Shown piece by piece: positions 26,887 to 44,664 of a stretch of DNA of 64,000 nt. The position numbers were made by a program, and so were the translations under genes. The first letter of the stretch is position 1. The number at the start of each line of letters is the position of its first letter. This DNA comes from Octopus vulgaris. Its lineage: Eukaryota. Where the stretch lies: assembly GCA_951406725.2 (NCBI GenBank), contig OX597827.1:4278001-4342000 (forward strand), in the 5' to 3' direction. The notes under the pieces are model-generated. The model did no database searches. It saw nothing but the letters and a program-made list of their open reading frames with translations, and was not told the DNA's origin.

Positions 26887-28637
26887 CTTGAGTGTGTGAG
26901 TGTGTATGTGTGCTTGCATGTATATTATATTATGTATTTGTATGCATTGGATGTATTCAATGGTAAACTTCCAGAATAATTTTCTCTGATTTTGTGAAAC
27001 CCACCTCATCAACACTGGTGCAGAGATAGCTTGTTACATACCCTGTATACTGAGAAATACAGTAATAAATCTAAAGCTATAGTCGGAGTCAAGAACCCAT
27101 AGGTTTCTCATTAATTTGACAAAGATATTTTATTTTCTACTTCGTATTTAACATTATGTTCACATCTGCTTTCACTATCTTTATCTGTCCAAGCCTTGAT
27201 ACATTTTACTGAGGTCTTGACAGAAATATTCAAACAGCATTTGTCAATATCTATATGTAACTGTTAATCCAGACACTCTCCATATTTTTTCATCCTTTTT
27301 ACCCTCTCTCCATCTATTTTCTCTCCTTGTTCCTTTCTGTAGAAGAGCATAAGCTTGAAACATCAGGGATTTTTCCAATTTTCTTGAGCATCAAATTAAT
27401 ACACCTTGATTGATGTTCACTTTCCTGTCTCACTCAATTTTTTTTTGTGCAGTTCTGAACCATATGTATTGGTCAGCATATAGCTATATCAGGAAACACT
27501 TGCCCAAGGTGTCACATAGTAGGCCTGAACCTGGAACCATGCAGTTGAGAAGCAAGCTTCTTATCACACAGTCATGTATGTACATATCTTTTAGTCTTTA
27601 GATGAATCTCTATGTATGTATATTTGCAAGTTTATGTATATGTGAATGTATGCATCAATGTATGCCTGTATCTATACATGTATTCATGTATGTGTGTTTG
27701 TATGTATGCATGTGTGAGTGTGTGTGTGTTTTTACATCCAAACATATGGATATACACCTGAGAGCATATTTATTCATGTAATTGTATATGTGTATGTATG
27801 TATGTATGTATGTATGTATGTATGTATGTATGTATGTATGTATGTATGCATGAATGTATGTATGCATGCACCTTTGTATGTATATGAATATATGCATTCA
27901 TCTAAGTACGCATGTGTGTATGTATGTTCATGCCAAATGCTAGTTTCACAGAAAAAGTATTAAGAAAATATTGCTGCTGAAATATAATTCTAATGAATTT
28001 TTTAAAAATTTGGTATTCTCATATAACAATCTTCAACTTTATTTTTTTTAATTATTTTTGATTGAAATTTATCAATCAAGGAATAATAATAATATAAAAA
28101 AAAAATGATAGCAATCTTTTTATTTAATCTAACACAAATATGATATGTTTCTTGAGATAACAAAAAAAAAAGGAATATTTGTAAATGTGTGTGAAAGTGT
28201 AATGAGATTCATATACATCTACATGTATGTGTATATGCTCATGTGTCTGTGTGCATGTGTGTGTATGCACGTGTGCTTATATGCCTGGAAGTGAATTTTG
28301 TACAAGTGCAAATTGCATAAATTAGTTTGTCTTTGTATGTATACACATGCATTTGTTTGTTTGTAAATGTATCTATGTCTGTGTGTATGTGTTCTGTGCA
28401 AATTCTTATTCAGAATGATTCTTACTTGTAGACACACAAGCTAGAAAGCACACGCAAATGCACACATTTATATATGTGTGTGTGTGTGCATGTATATATA
28501 TATATATAATACACACACACAAATATATATACATACACACAAATACACCACACACATGCACACACACACACACACACACACACTCACAAACATATATATA
28601 CACACGCAAACAAACAACTATCATCATCATCTTCATA

Positions 28638-28893
28638 TACTCTTTACTCTTTTACTCTTTTACTTGTTTCAGTCATTTGACTGCGGCCATGCTGGAGCAC
28701 CGCCTTTAGTCGAGCAATCGACCCCGGGACTTATTCTTTTGTAAGCTGAGTACTTATTCTATCGGTCTCTTTTGCCAAACCGCTAAGTGACGGGGACGTA
28801 AACACACCAGCTTCTTTCAGTTTCCGTCTACCAAATCCACTCACATGGCATTGGTCGGCCCGGGGCTATAGCAGAAGACACTTGCCCAAGATG
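28638..28893 (-). mobile_element. SINE family A, 5'-truncated and lacking the central microsatellite segment
   Basis: aaacacaccagc joins directly to ttctttcagtttcc at about 28811. Confidence 0.85.
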
Positions 28894-29751
28894 AGCTGGC
28901 ATGGGTTGGATAGTTCAGCTGAATCTAACAAGCTGGAGGAACTCTATCAAGGTCCAACGTCTGCTGCTTTGGCATGGCTAAAATGGCTGGATGCCCTTGC
29001 TGACATCAACCATTTTACATAGTGTACAACACTGTATATGCAATAAAATACACACTAGCTCAGACATATGACTGTGTGTGTACATGTGTGTGTGTGTGTG
29101 CATGTGTATGTGTGCATTTGCTATATATATACTTTAATCGATATGAATCTGATTACTGTGTGTGTATGTGTGTGTGTGTGTGCATGGTGTGTGTGTTTGT
29201 GTACGTGGTGTCTGTGTGTGTGCGTGGTGTCTGTGTGTTTGTAATGTTCATGATATAGCTGTATGTATTACTGCAAGTACAAATGATCATATTATGTAGT
29301 GTATGAGTGTGTGTGTGCTTGAAACTTATTAAAACAATTGTGTATGTGTATGTTCGTAATATTTATAATATTGCTGTATGTATGAGAACAAGTGTCTGTA
29401 TATGCGTGAAAGTATGAGTATGCATGTATGTGTATGTGTGTGCATGTCTATATACATTACTGTGTGGTGCTATATATTTTAGGTTTGTATGTTTCTATGC
29501 ATGTTAGTGTGGATAGAAGCGTGTGTCAGTGTATCTGCGTATGCATTACAGTATGGTTCTGTATTATCTTTGTGTATATGTGTGCATCGCTATATACATA
29601 TATAAATACATAAATATATACGTAAATGCATGCACACACATACGCATGCACATCTACATAAAGTCAAATAGAGAGTGCAAGGTTGCACATACATGCCTTG
29701 TACATTTGCATACATATATATATATATATATGTATATGTGTGTGTGTATAT

Positions 29752-29802
<51 letters not shown>

Positions 29803-29897
29803 TATATACATATGTATATATATACATATCAATATATACATATATATATATACATATATATATACATATATATACATATATACATGTATATATATAC

Positions 29898-29952
<55 letters not shown>

Positions 29953-30409
29953 TATATATATATATATATATATACATACATACATACATACATACATACT
30001 TACATACATACATACATACATACATGCATGCATACATACATACATACATACATATATATATATATTGTGTGTGTGTGTTTCCATGTTTGCATATGTAGGG
30101 TTATTTTCAGGTAATGTCTAAATGCAGAAACTTTTGCACATTTATATTTATACACATACACGAGCAATAATGTATATTTCATAGGTTATGTGAATGTGTA
30201 TGTGGAAAATTATGCATAATCATATGGAGATATGCATGTGATTATGCTTACATGTGTATAAATCTAAATATTTTAGTATAAATACACACATATATATTTG
30301 TGTGTGTGTATGTGTGTGTGTGTGTATGTGTGAGAGAGAGAGAGAGAGAGAGAGTGAATCAGTAGGTGGATAGGTGTGTATGTGCATCAATGCAAAGCCT
30401 TTTGTAGTA

Positions 30410-30479
<70 letters not shown>

Positions 30480-30989
30480 CATACATATATATGTATGTGT
30501 ATATGTATATGTACATACCTAGGCATATGGGTGTAAGATATGCACTTAAGAGAACTTCAAACAACGAATATATTCCTAAGCAGCTCAGCAATCACAATAG
30601 GCTTCAGATTCAATAGGAAGTTACTTTCACTTTCAGTTCCAACACCAACAATGAACACATTACATTTTACTTGTTAAAATCTAACAAATAAATTTCTTGT
30701 TCATTTCAAAAACATTTTTCTCTTTTGATTTGTTCCTCTTATTTTTCATCTATTATATTTTCTTTTGCTTCTATTTATTGATGTTTATTTACTATAATAA
30801 TAATAATAATAATAATGATAATAATAATAATAATAATAATTATTATTATTATTATTATTATTATTATAACCATCATCCTCATCATCATCATCATCATCAT
30901 CATTATTATTGTCATTGCTGATGTTATCCTTTATTATTTTCCTGTGAAATCTCCAGTAATTTATTAAACATCTCCAATTAAAAATGATT

Positions 30990-31027
<38 letters not shown>

Positions 31028-31629
31028 AACAACAACAAATACAAATTCTACAATTCCACCCCAAAACATTATGCTTACTGAAAGGAAGAATACTTTATTT
31101 GTGTCAACCAGATATTTCAATCCTTAAATGTGTAACAGCTTAAAAATTCTATGGTATTTTAACATATACTTAGAGAACATTACTTCTGTTTATTCATATA
31201 TATGTTTTTCCCATATAACAAAAGCATATTGTTGTTAATGTATTTTCTTTTATACATGTCAGCACTCACTTCACTAAACTACTGTAAACATTCCAGATAT
31301 CTAATATAGAGAAATGCTTATGAAATTATATTTACCGCAAAAGAGAAACAGAATTATCAATGAACAGAGAGTTAAAAGGTGAAGAACGGACAAAAACTAA
31401 ATAACAGATAGAGATTATTTTCACAGAGATGCTTATATAGACATATTTATAAGTGTGTGCATGTGTGGGTCCATATACACAAACACACATGCACACATAC
31501 ATATGGGCATGCATGTGTGTGTGTGGGTGTGTTATAGAAAGATAGATACAGACAGTGAAAAAGTGTGTATAAATATAAGGCATTAAATATACCCTATATT
31601 TAATGCAAAGACACTATTTTACATAAATG

Positions 31630-31966
31630 CGATGCCAGCGCCGCCATAGGCCAATGCCAGTGCCGCCTAGGCCGATGCCAGTGCCGCCTTGACTGGCTTC
31701 TGTGCCAGTGGCACGTTAAAAGCACCAACCGATCGTGGCCGATGCCAGACCCCACCCTGGCACCTGTGCAGGTGGCATGTAAAAAGCACCCACTACACTC
31801 GCAGAGTGGTTGGCGTTAGGAAGGGCATCCAGCTGTAGAAACACTGCCAGATCAGACTGGAGCCTGGTGCAGCCCCTGGCTTCTCAGACCCCGGTCAAAC
31901 TACCCAACCCGTGCTAGCACGGAAAACGGACGTTAAACGATGATGATGATGATGATGATGATGATG
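31630..31966 (+). mobile_element. SINE-like family B with a 5' tandem repeat of about 21 bp
   Basis: Nearly identical to 5480-5752; begins with three copies of ggcc(g/a)atgccagtgccgccta. Confidence 0.85.
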
Positions 31967-32407
31967 TATTAAATGTTGATTATATAAAACTGTTTGTGTG
32001 TTTGTATATGTCTACAAACATGCATACGAACCTACATATTTGTATTTATGTATGTGTATAGGCACAAGTATGGCTGAGGGGTTGAGAAGTTTCCTTTGCA
32101 ACTCCATGGGTTTGGTTTCAGTCACTATGTGGCACCTTGGACAAATGTCTTCTGCTGTCTGACCAAAGGTTCGTGTGTGGATTTGGTAAATAGGAAGTGA
32201 AAGAAGTCTTTGGTACACACACACACACACATATACACACATACTTCACACACACATATATATATATATATGGTTTATATGAAGAAGGTAGTAGTGTCAA
32301 ATTCCCTCCTTCACTATAAGCTAATAGCATAAGGTTGGCCATTGCAAAGGTGATTGCACTGGTAGTGCTCCAGCATGTCCGCAGCCTTTGGGTTGAAACA
32401 AATCAAA

Positions 32408-32444
<37 letters not shown>

Positions 32445-32487
32445 CATACATACATACATATATACACTTATATATATATATATATAT

Positions 32488-32802
32488 AGGAGCACTCCGT
32501 CGGTTATGACGACGAGGATCCTAGCTGATACGATCAATGGAACAGCCTGCTCATGAAATTAATGTGCAAGTGACTGAGCAATCTACAGACACTCATACCC
32601 CTAACGTAGTTCTCAGGGAGACTCAGCGTGACACAGAGTGTGACAAGGCTGGCCCTTTGAAATACAGGTACAACTCATTTTTGCCAACTGAGTGGTCTGG
32701 AGCAACAAAGTGTCTTGCTCAAGGACACAACGTGTTACTGGGAATCGAACTCACACTCTTACAATTGTGAGCCAAATACCCTAACCACTAAGCCACATGC
32801 CT
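32488..32802 (-). mobile_element. tRNA-derived SINE family C
   Basis: Colinear with 1733-2058; both ends embedded in (TA)n. Confidence 0.85.
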
Positions 32803-33156
32803 TATATATATATATATATATTCACACACACATATGGGTGTATGTATATGTATGTATAAGAAGATGTGTATATCTGTGCATTTGTTTACCTCTGCAACCA
32901 CTTGTACAGTGCAGCAGGCAGAGTTGTTTGCAGTTTTTCTTAAGTAATCATGTGGTCACTTCATGGTCGAAGTTGAGTAAGAGGTCCTTCTTACTTGAGA
33001 AACAGCTGAAGGTTAGCATCAGGAAAGACTTCCAGTTGTAAAACAATGCTTCTAATAACATATTTATTCAACCCATGCAAGCATAATAAATTTGACATAA
33101 AACATGTGAATTAGTATCTATACTAATCTATCTCACCATCTAGTTATCTATATACA

Positions 33157-33230
<74 letters not shown>

Positions 33231-33397
33231 AGATAAGAAAATGGAGAAATACATCAAAATCAAATATCAATTACCAGATAATACTCAATCACATACTTTA
33301 TTAAACCACCACATAAGAGACTGTAGGGTTAAATATAAAAAGCAGAACAAATCAGTGTACATAAAGGAATGTACATAAAAAAGTGTACATAAAAGAG

Positions 33398-33432
<35 letters not shown>

Positions 33433-33621
33433 GTATGCATGTATGTATGTATGTATGTATGCATGTATGTATATAGATAGTTGGCTAAACAGATAGATAG
33501 ATACATATATACTTACACATCAGACACATGCATAGACACACAGGCACACACACACATATACGTATATATTCTTTTATTCTTTTATTAGTTTCAGTCATTT
33601 GACTGTGGTGATGCTGGAGTA

Positions 33622-33656
<35 letters not shown>

Positions 33657-33849
33657 GTTGAAATCTACAGAAAAGCAAAAGACGAAGACAGGTATATAAA
33701 CAAGTAGGTATATTAGTTCAATGCTCAGGAAGGTAAGAAAGTCTTTTACATTTCGAGCCTATGCTCTTCAGCAGAAAGGAACATGAGGAAATAAACAGAG
33801 AGAGAATAAAAATAACTTTTGGAGTTAGTGGTCAATCATACATACACAG

Positions 33850-35200
33850 ATATATTTATGGTGGTTGCTGGCAGCTCTCCTTTGATTGGAACATGGTAGG
33901 AATGCTTCTATTGGTTATGGAATTACCAATATTATTTGTCAGTCAGAGTATCTGACACCCATGTCATTATTCCTTAGAAATACATACATACATACACTTC
34001 TAATACCTATTAGAGAAACTTGATAATAAAAACTAACAACTACTTCTAAGGAACAGTCAGGGAATTTAAAAGCACCTATTTCAAATGTGCTCTTACTACT
34101 TATTGTATGTGTATATCTGCTGGATATGGAATCTACTCTCATTGTTAGCCGCCCTCTGATTTCTTTACATATTTTGCATGTCCATAGTTTACATTAAAAA
34201 CATTGTATGGAGTTTCTACTTATTCCTCTTCCTTATATAGAATATGGCTATTTCTCTGACATTATCAGAGTTCTATCTTCGTCCCTACTTACTAAAATTT
34301 TAGTGTTTGTTAATTTTATTTTAAAGACTTTCAGTTCCAGGTTTGGCTTCTACGTCTGGAATTTTTTTTCACTATCAACTAAATGTTCAACTATAAGAAT
34401 CAGGTCATCAGCAGATACAAACATAAATGCAAAAATAAAAACAACTGCAATAATAACGACAACAACAGCAAACAATAATAATAATAATAACATCAACAAC
34501 ACCTCTGTTATGGCCAGAAGGACTATAATAAACAGGAAGGAGCTGAGGACTGAACCTTAGTAGATCTCTGAATAATAAATTCATTACTATACACACTGCT
34601 AATTCTCAGGTTTCTGACTGCATTACTGTGCATCGTTTGCACAGCCCTCATAAGACATTTGTGTATCCTCAGTTTTTTTTTGTTTTTTTTTATCGCTTTC
34701 AAGATTAGAAAGCATGGAAACCTGTCAAATACTTTCTACAGCTTGATAAATGTTAAATACAATGGATTACCCTCAGCTAAGTATATATCCTGTAGTTGTC
34801 TTACTAGGAAGACGTATCAGCAGCACCACTTCCTGTTACAAAGCCAAACTACATCACCTCTAGGCTAATTTTCTTTCAAATGAGTTGTGCTATTATTCTT
34901 TCTGTTACTTTTATGACAAGCTTATGAGCCAGTAGTTTCTTGTTGTGCGTCACATTTTCCCTAATAGCAGCTGATGATACTGCTAAACCACTCACTGTGT
35001 ATAACACCACCCTGTCCTTCCTGATTGACGATGGACAAGACTATATATTTGGCCAAGTTAGCCAAATATTTTCAGCATCTGTGTACCTATACCTGATGTT
35101 TCAGTTGCCTTCATTACTTTCAAATCCTTAATTATTCCAACTGCAAAGCCATAGCATATTTTGAAGGCTTGCCTTTTTGGTGGGCCTGATGAGGACAGCC
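33850..35200 (-). mobile_element. Decayed RTE-like LINE reverse transcriptase
   Basis: Minus-strand remnants of EKxFDR (34719-34739), GSVLSSFLF (34530-34560) and SADDLIL (34395-34418) in the correct RT order; an (AAT)-rich tract lies between the last two motifs. Confidence 0.65.
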
Positions 35201-35229
35201 CCCTCTCAGTGAGACAGCATAAGAGAAAT

Positions 35230-35560
35230 AGTGAGCAATGACCTAGAGAGTGAAAAATAGGGAGGGCTGGAATAATAACAAGGAGAACAAAAGATAGTGT
35301 GAAGAATAACAGAGTAAAAGAGGAGAGGTAGGAAGTGAATGCTAGGACAGTACAATAGAGATTGGAGAGTTTGAGAGGTCTGGTAAAATAACTGAAGTGA
35401 AAAAATGATAGAGAACTTAAATTTGGGAGAACTGAATAAAAATATAATGAAGGGCAGGCAGGTATTTCCTGAGACAGCAAAAGGAAAATGAGAAATAGAA
35501 AGAGAGACAGATCACTAGAAGCTGCAGAGTGACACAAGGGCTGAAAGTTTGATAAGAGCC
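35230..35560 (-). mobile_element. Decayed CR1/L2-like LINE 3' fragment
   Basis: Minus-strand S/L/F-rich degenerate translation (QPLCH..SLF..TR..SSF) like the post-RT region; similar in character to 62560-63210. Confidence 0.35.
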
Positions 35561-35696
35561 ATGCATGAAACTCATGAGCACATGAGTCATTGTACAACTT
35601 ATGCTGAGTGAAAATAATAAGACACATATAGACATGTACTGAGTTCTATTTATCCTGTTTGTCCAACCAAACCTATACACATGCACACACATACAT

Positions 35697-35731
<35 letters not shown>

Positions 35732-36345
35732 TGCAGACATGGCCACAAGATTAAAATGTTTGTTCATAATCTTGTAATTTAGGTTCATTCCTACAGCAAA
35801 AGCACTGTGAGCAGAGGTCTTTTACTATGGCCTTGAGTTGACAAAGAGCTTGTGCACAAAAGCTCGTTGTATATTCATTCCATAAGAAATCCACTGTGCG
35901 TGTGCGTGTGCATGCTTGTGTGTGTGTGTGTGTGTGTGTGTTTGAATGTGTTTGTGTGTTTTCACCTTTACTTGACAATATGTTTGCTCTGCATAAAATC
36001 AACATCACTGTCCATACAAACATTGTCATTATTCACAATCTGCCATGAAAACATTTTTGACTACTGAGCTGTTCATTATTTGTGTGTGTGTATATGAACA
36101 TATATACATACATTCAGACATATATGTGTATGTGTGCATGCATGTTTGTGTGTATATACATATATGTATGTACACACATATATGTATTGCATGCATTCTT
36201 ATACAAACACACAAATACATATAGACTCACACATATTTATACATGTGTATATATACACCCATATACATACATACAAATATGCATATGTAAAATAGGAAAT
36301 ATACATATATAAAAATGCACATATGCAGTTCCCTGCTCAATTTAC

Positions 36346-36472
36346 CTAAATTTCATCAAGCATTCATCAAACAGTTTAGTCATCAGACAACTGTCCAAAT
36401 TGACTTTGTCAAATAGATCCTCTAATGAATATTTAATTTCTACTAAATTGAACAGCAGACTTAGAATTGCAT
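36346..36472 (-). CDS. Candidate coding exon (phase 1 to 2): xAILSLLFNLVEIKYSLEDLFDKVNLDSCLMTKLFDECLMKFR
   Basis: Acceptor ctttttttag, donor TAG|gtaaat; 127 nt open in only one frame; helical, protein-like sequence in unique DNA. Confidence 0.45.
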
Positions 36473-36861
36473 CTAAAAAAAGTCTGAAGCTTTCTTTTAA
36501 AAAAAGATAAATAATCACATGTCCTTCCCAGGCCATAGGCTTATAGGGCTGGTTTCCTGCAATTCTGTGAGGAATATATTCCTTGCCAGAAAAGGATACC
36601 ATTCCAGCACAGGATTACTTATTTTTGCCAGCTGAGTGAAATGGAGCAATGTGAAATAAAGTGATTTGCTCAAGAACACAGGGCATCACACACTCCAGGA
36701 TTTGAAACTACAATTATATGATCATAGGTGTAACACCCTAACCACTAAGCCATATGCCACTACATGGCCACCTATTATGTTTTTATATATACCTCACAAA
36801 GTTAATGTATTGAGTACTGTATTTTGTTCATACAACCAATTTGTGTGTGTGTGTGTGCGCG

Positions 36862-36903
<42 letters not shown>

Positions 36904-37589
36904 CGTGTGTGTGTGTGTGTGTGTGGGTTTTGATCTATAACAAATAAACAAATTGATAATGACATCACTCAGAAAAGCAAAGGAGATTGAATTAAAGCTT
37001 CCTGTTCACTAAGTTGTGTGTTCAATTCTGAATCTGGTGCAATACTATCATATCTAAATGCAGAAACAATGACAGGATTTGGAAATAAGTAAAGAAAATA
37101 GTGGGGAGTGACTCACAGAGAGACAGAGAGCAAACAAGAGAGGAGGCAGAGGGTGTAAGTGAAAGTGAAAGTAAATCTAAGGGTGGGAGGTGACCGACAG
37201 ACTATCAGGAAATTGACCAGTGTTCAATGTGAGAATAAATCTCCTCACATGAGAATAGAAATTGCGTGCTTTTATAGACATATACATAGACATTTACATA
37301 CATATTTACAAAGATACTTTAGTACACAGCAGTACATCTATATGCAAAAGATAAAATCTCAGGTTTAAATACACTCATACTTCAATACTTACTTACACAA
37401 GCTAACATGCATACATATGAATATATATATATGCACAGATTGATATATATAATACAATATATGTATAGATACATATATTTATATAACTATAGGCACACAA
37501 ATATATATCTAAAAATATATATACATATGCATGAACACACACATATATATCTACTTAAATTTATATAGATATATATATATTTACATAAA

Positions 37590-39122
<1,533 letters not shown>

Positions 39123-39748
39123 AAAGAAATACAAACAGTTAATAAGTGATAAATTATTTTTTTCCTTTTTTACCAATTTGAACATTACATTATTATGAAT
39201 TTATTATGAATTAAAACTTTGTAAAATGCTGCAGCAGAGGAAGATTTTATGAAGTGTATAATTCATTAGATCAACAAGGTAATGCCCCAGCATGGCCATA
39301 GTCTGATGACTGAAACAAGTAAAATATCAAATACCTTAAGACAACTAACTTTTGGTGTTCTTAAACTTTTAACATTCATCAGGCAGTAATTAGTTTATTG
39401 TTTTCTGTTCAATTATTTGGGGAAATGTTGAAAGTGTGAGAGGGGTGTGATAGAAACTTAAGTTTTTAACTGAACAGCACATGTAGAACACAAATCATAT
39501 ACCCATACTTTTCGTTTTCTTTAGCTGCATCTGTTCTTACTTGTGCATGTGTTTATCTGTGTAAGAGTATGCATGTATGTGTGTACACGTATGTGTGTCT
39601 ATGTGCATACATTCACAGACACCTACACATAATCAGACACATGTATGTATATATATATGTGTGTATGTGTGTGTGTGTGTAGACGTACGCCCAAACACAC
39701 AGATAAATACATATATATATGTGCACAAATACTCACACACACACATGT

Positions 39749-39799
<51 letters not shown>

Positions 39800-39890
39800 C
39801 AAATATATATAAATGCATATATAAAAATATATATAAATATACATAAATATATATATCTATATATCTATATGTATATATAAATATATATGT

Positions 39891-39937
<47 letters not shown>

Positions 39938-40039
39938 GAAGTATATATTTGTGCACATCTGTGCATGCTTGTCTGTGTGTTCGTGTATACATGATTATAT
40001 GCATGGCAACATAGTTTTGGAATAACAACATCCACTTAC

Positions 40040-40074
40040 CAATTCAAGTACATCCTTCCCAGTGAGTTGTTTAG
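40040..40074 (-). other. Candidate 35-nt exon (possible peptide xKQLTGKDVLEL)
   Basis: Acceptor acacatttcag and consensus donor TTG|gtaagt; partner exons not established. Confidence 0.35.
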
Positions 40075-41969
40075 CTGAAATGTGTATCCTGCAGTAGAGT
40101 TCTACAGTCACTACTACTGCTGCTACGGCTGCTGCCACTGTCATTGCCACTGCTGCCACTGCTGCTGCTGCTGCTATGGCTGTCACTGGGGTTATGTGTA
40201 GGCAGTGTTATGTGGCTCAGTGTTATGTGGCTCAGGATATAGTGTGACTGTTACAGTGATATAAAGTAGTGATATATAGTGATATATATGAAGAAAGGTA
40301 AGAGATATGTATGAAAAAGGTAAGAGATAAATAGAGGGAGTGAAGGAGATAGGGAGAGGAGAGGGAGTTTGAAACTTAAGGTGTGAAATACAGAATGCAA
40401 TGTAGAGAAACAGACGAGTATGGAAAAAAGTTTGTGTTTTGGGAAGAGAAACAAACATCTGTGGCCCTACAAAGGGAAATGGTTAGCATGTGTGCTTGAC
40501 TTTAGCCAGTGGCAGGCTGTATAGAGTTTCAATAGGAGATAGAAAACCCTGCCTGTCTTTTAATCCAGCAAGCCATAGTGTAAATTTTAATAAAGTGATG
40601 ACTCATTGAAAATTTTATTAAAACATTTTTTTTTTAAATAAAACAAAAAAACTACATTCAAAATAAAATGCCTATAAATATATATTTTTATTAAATTGTA
40701 TGCCCCTTAGTTTTCAAATTATCTGAATCAAAATAATTTTTTTTAAATTACATTTTTCAAAAAATACAAAAATAGAAAAGATATTATACAGCTGTTAATG
40801 ATATTTCTCAGAAATTTAAGAAAGATTTAACATCAATATTTTAAAATTAATTCAAGTTAATATCATTTAAATTTTTTTTGTTTAATTTATTAAAATTTCT
40901 TTTTACCATTCCCACTCCATTTTTTTTTTCTGTAACTCTGTCTTTTTGCCAACTCTGGGCATCTAAATTTAAAGTCTGCCCACATTTTATATCTTTTTAA
41001 ATTTTGTCTATTTTTATTTCATATTTTTTATACTTTCATTTACATATTTTTTAAAACTATTTTACTAACAGTGTCACTTACTATTCAAGAAATACAGACT
41101 TATATCATATATTGAGAGATCAATAAGCATGGAATGGAAAATATTGATCCTCCTCCACCTATCCTCCAACCTTTATTGATTAATTTGTTCGTTGTTTTTT
41201 CTTTCTTTTTTTACTCTTTTGATTTTTATTACTGTTGGCAGTGTTGCTTTTTTTTGTATAATTATTTTTTCTTTTTGTTTATTAAATATAAAGGAATAAA
41301 TAAAATTAGGCAATTTCATTGAATTCTCTGAATTACTTCTGTGTTGATCAGTTTAAAAGGATGTTTAGTTTTGTGCAAATTATAGCAAAAGACTGGAATA
41401 TTACTGACAGAATATAAAATTATAAACACAAATAAAACCAAAAACTAAAAGACAAAAACTATAGAAAGCAAATAGAAAAATACACTCAAAGCTACACATG
41501 AAATCAAAAGAAATGGTTGCCTCTGTGTGTGCTGTGTGTGTATCTGTGAATACAGTTGTGTGCATGCATATACAATACTCATATATATGTATTTATATTG
41601 CTTTCACATGAAACATATGAGCGTATGAGTGTGTGTATGTACATAAAATGCACATATCCAATATATATATATACATATTTATACACCCAAAACCACACTT
41701 ACCCATTTATGTGCATGTGTAATTGTGTGTGCATGTATTTATAATAAAAATGTAGTTGTAACAAATATACTGTAAACTATATATATATACACACATATAT
41801 ATATACATATATATATACTTATATACATACATATATTTACATATATATATACATATATATATATACATATATATACATATACATATATATATACATTTAT
41901 CTACATACATATACATGTATATATCTATATATATATCTACATGCAAATATGTGTATATGTGTGTGTGTT

Positions 41970-42038
<69 letters not shown>

Positions 42039-44263
42039 AGACTCTCACATATATATATACTTATCTGTGCTTGTTTATGTATACTACTTTACTTTTATAT
42101 ATAACAAGAAAGAATTTAAAAACACTTACCTTTCAGACATATTCTATTCAGGTTTTTGTTATTTTTTTCTCATACATTTGAAAAGAATATTTTGAAAATC
42201 TTTTTGTTTTTTGTTTTCCAATAAGTCCTTCAGTTGTACAGCAACCTAACACACACTGTGTGGTTTAATGCCATCACCAACTGGCTTTCAGATGCCTTAA
42301 GCAGAGTTCACTCTTTTGCAAACATTCAGACCAGACTTCTTTCTTCTTTTACCTATTAAAAATTTTTTTTACCCGCAGACCTACAGAAGTTCAGGATTAG
42401 TATCAGCTAGATCAGATTTTAGGAAAATCTGCCTCAAGACTATTGGCTCATGAAGCAAAAGCTTATCTGAATTTTCAAGGTGTTTAGATTGAGATTACAA
42501 GATTACCTTTTGAACATGTTACTGGTATATCACAGAATTCCATGTGTTGTTGGTACTCATTTTCAACCAAGTGGACAGGAGCATTGTGAAAAAAAGGCTT
42601 TCCTCTAAATCAAAATACTTTACCAGGTCCAAGAACCTAAACTTTGATGTAATGATGCTATTCCCTAACTGCTATCCCAGATGCTTAAACCACTTTTGAA
42701 AACTTGCAAATATTATGGATATCCTTGTCCTTATGGTTAACTTTATAAAAAAGGAAAACCTATTCAAACTATAGAGTGAGGACAAAAATAAGCCCAACTT
42801 AGAGTAGTTTTGGGTTTGGAAAAGATTTAAAAACCTTTGTGTGTGTTTATCTTAGTATGTTTTTGCGTGTTTTCTTGTTCTCTATAATGATTTCAACTTG
42901 TTTGTATTGTATAATCTTCTGTTTCAAATGGGGAAGGAAAATGAAAAGTATCCACTAATTGTATTTTTCAACCAATTAAAAATGTACAACTCTGTTTAAT
43001 CATGCCATGAAGTTTTCTACAGAATCTGTAACTTTGTTATTCATGAAAGGAACCCTTAAGCTGCTTATATTTATTTTTACTTTAGCTGTTTCCACAATAT
43101 TTAGAAAATACAATGTAATTACATCTTACCATAATGAACTTTTTCAGGCAAGGTAATTAATAAAATTACTCATTTATTTATGTTTAAGTCTTATTTTTAA
43201 TTATTTTATAATTATTTTCATTTCTATGTAAATCTTCACCTGCAGCAGAATTATTGCTTCCTAACTGATTACTTTACTGTTTACCTTGGACCTGAGAAAT
43301 TGGAATATTTTAATGTACCTTTCATGCAATTTGGTAGTATTCTAGAGAAATGCTTACACCTCACAGCATCTATTTTACTTTTCCCTTTTTTTACCCAAAA
43401 CCTTGTATTCATCACTGTTATTGCTTACATCCACTTTTCTATGCAGCTATAGACAGGATGGTTCTTTTTGAGACCACGATTTAGACATGAATGCCCTTCC
43501 TGTTGCCATTCCAGAAGGGCATCTGGTTGTAAAACATAACACAGAAATCCTTATGATATAAACTTCAATCATAGGTAGAAGAAAGTGTGGGGTCAATTAA
43601 ATCAACTCTTAGCTCTTTAGTGGTATAGTTTATGAAACCCAGAAGGATGAAATTCAAAGTTGAACTCAGCTCAAATTTGAACTCATAACATAAAGATGCA
43701 CAACAAAGCATCACAAGGCGTTAATGCCTACCATTTCACCAAATCAGCTAATCCAACATTATAGAAATTGAGTTACTTGGGTTACTGGGTTTAAATTTAG
43801 GCTTAATTCTTATTATGTTACAGGGTTTAATTCTTATATTCACACAAGGTTATAGGTTTGTGCAGGATTTATCATGACAAGATATCATTGATATTCCTCC
43901 ATTATAACCACATTGCATACTTGCTAGTCATTACAACTGTATTAACTCTCCTCCCACCAAAATATAAAGACAAAGTTGGTGGACCATGGATGCTTTGAAT
44001 AAGGAATGTAACAAAACAAAACTAAATACCATATGACATTTCATTCAATATGCTATTGTCACTGCCACTTCAAATTCCCTGTAATATTACAAAATAGATT
44101 CGTTCACTATAGAGTAATATTACTTTACTTTATTTACTCTCATGTGAATGTATGTATAGTACGTATAGTGGGCGAGAAACGTTTTACATGCATACTCCCT
44201 TTTCCCTGATGGTTCATTGTTTTTGTGTAAAAGAAAGCAATAATTTTAACAAATATATATTTA

Positions 44264-44299
<36 letters not shown>

Positions 44300-44396
44300 T
44301 GTATGTATGTATGTATGTATGTATGTATGTATGTATGTATGTATACACACACAAACACATGCACACACAGATATATTGCATATGTGTGTAGATATA

Positions 44397-44430
<34 letters not shown>

Positions 44431-44664
44431 GTGTGTGCGTGTATATATATATATATATATTATATATAAATATATATTGTATATATATGTATATGTATAT
44501 TGTATGTATACATGTATATAGAAGATATACACGAATATATTATATCATATCATCATACATGCACTATTCATGTGTGTGTGTGTATACACACACACATATA
44601 TGTATATGCATATAGTTAAGTATATATTTACACATACATATATAAATATACATACATACATGCA

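Noticed and set aside
39300-39325. ctgatgactgaaacaagta resembling a hammerhead core
   Set aside because: It is a mutated family A SINE tail (cagtcaaatgactgaaacaagta) with no stem II.
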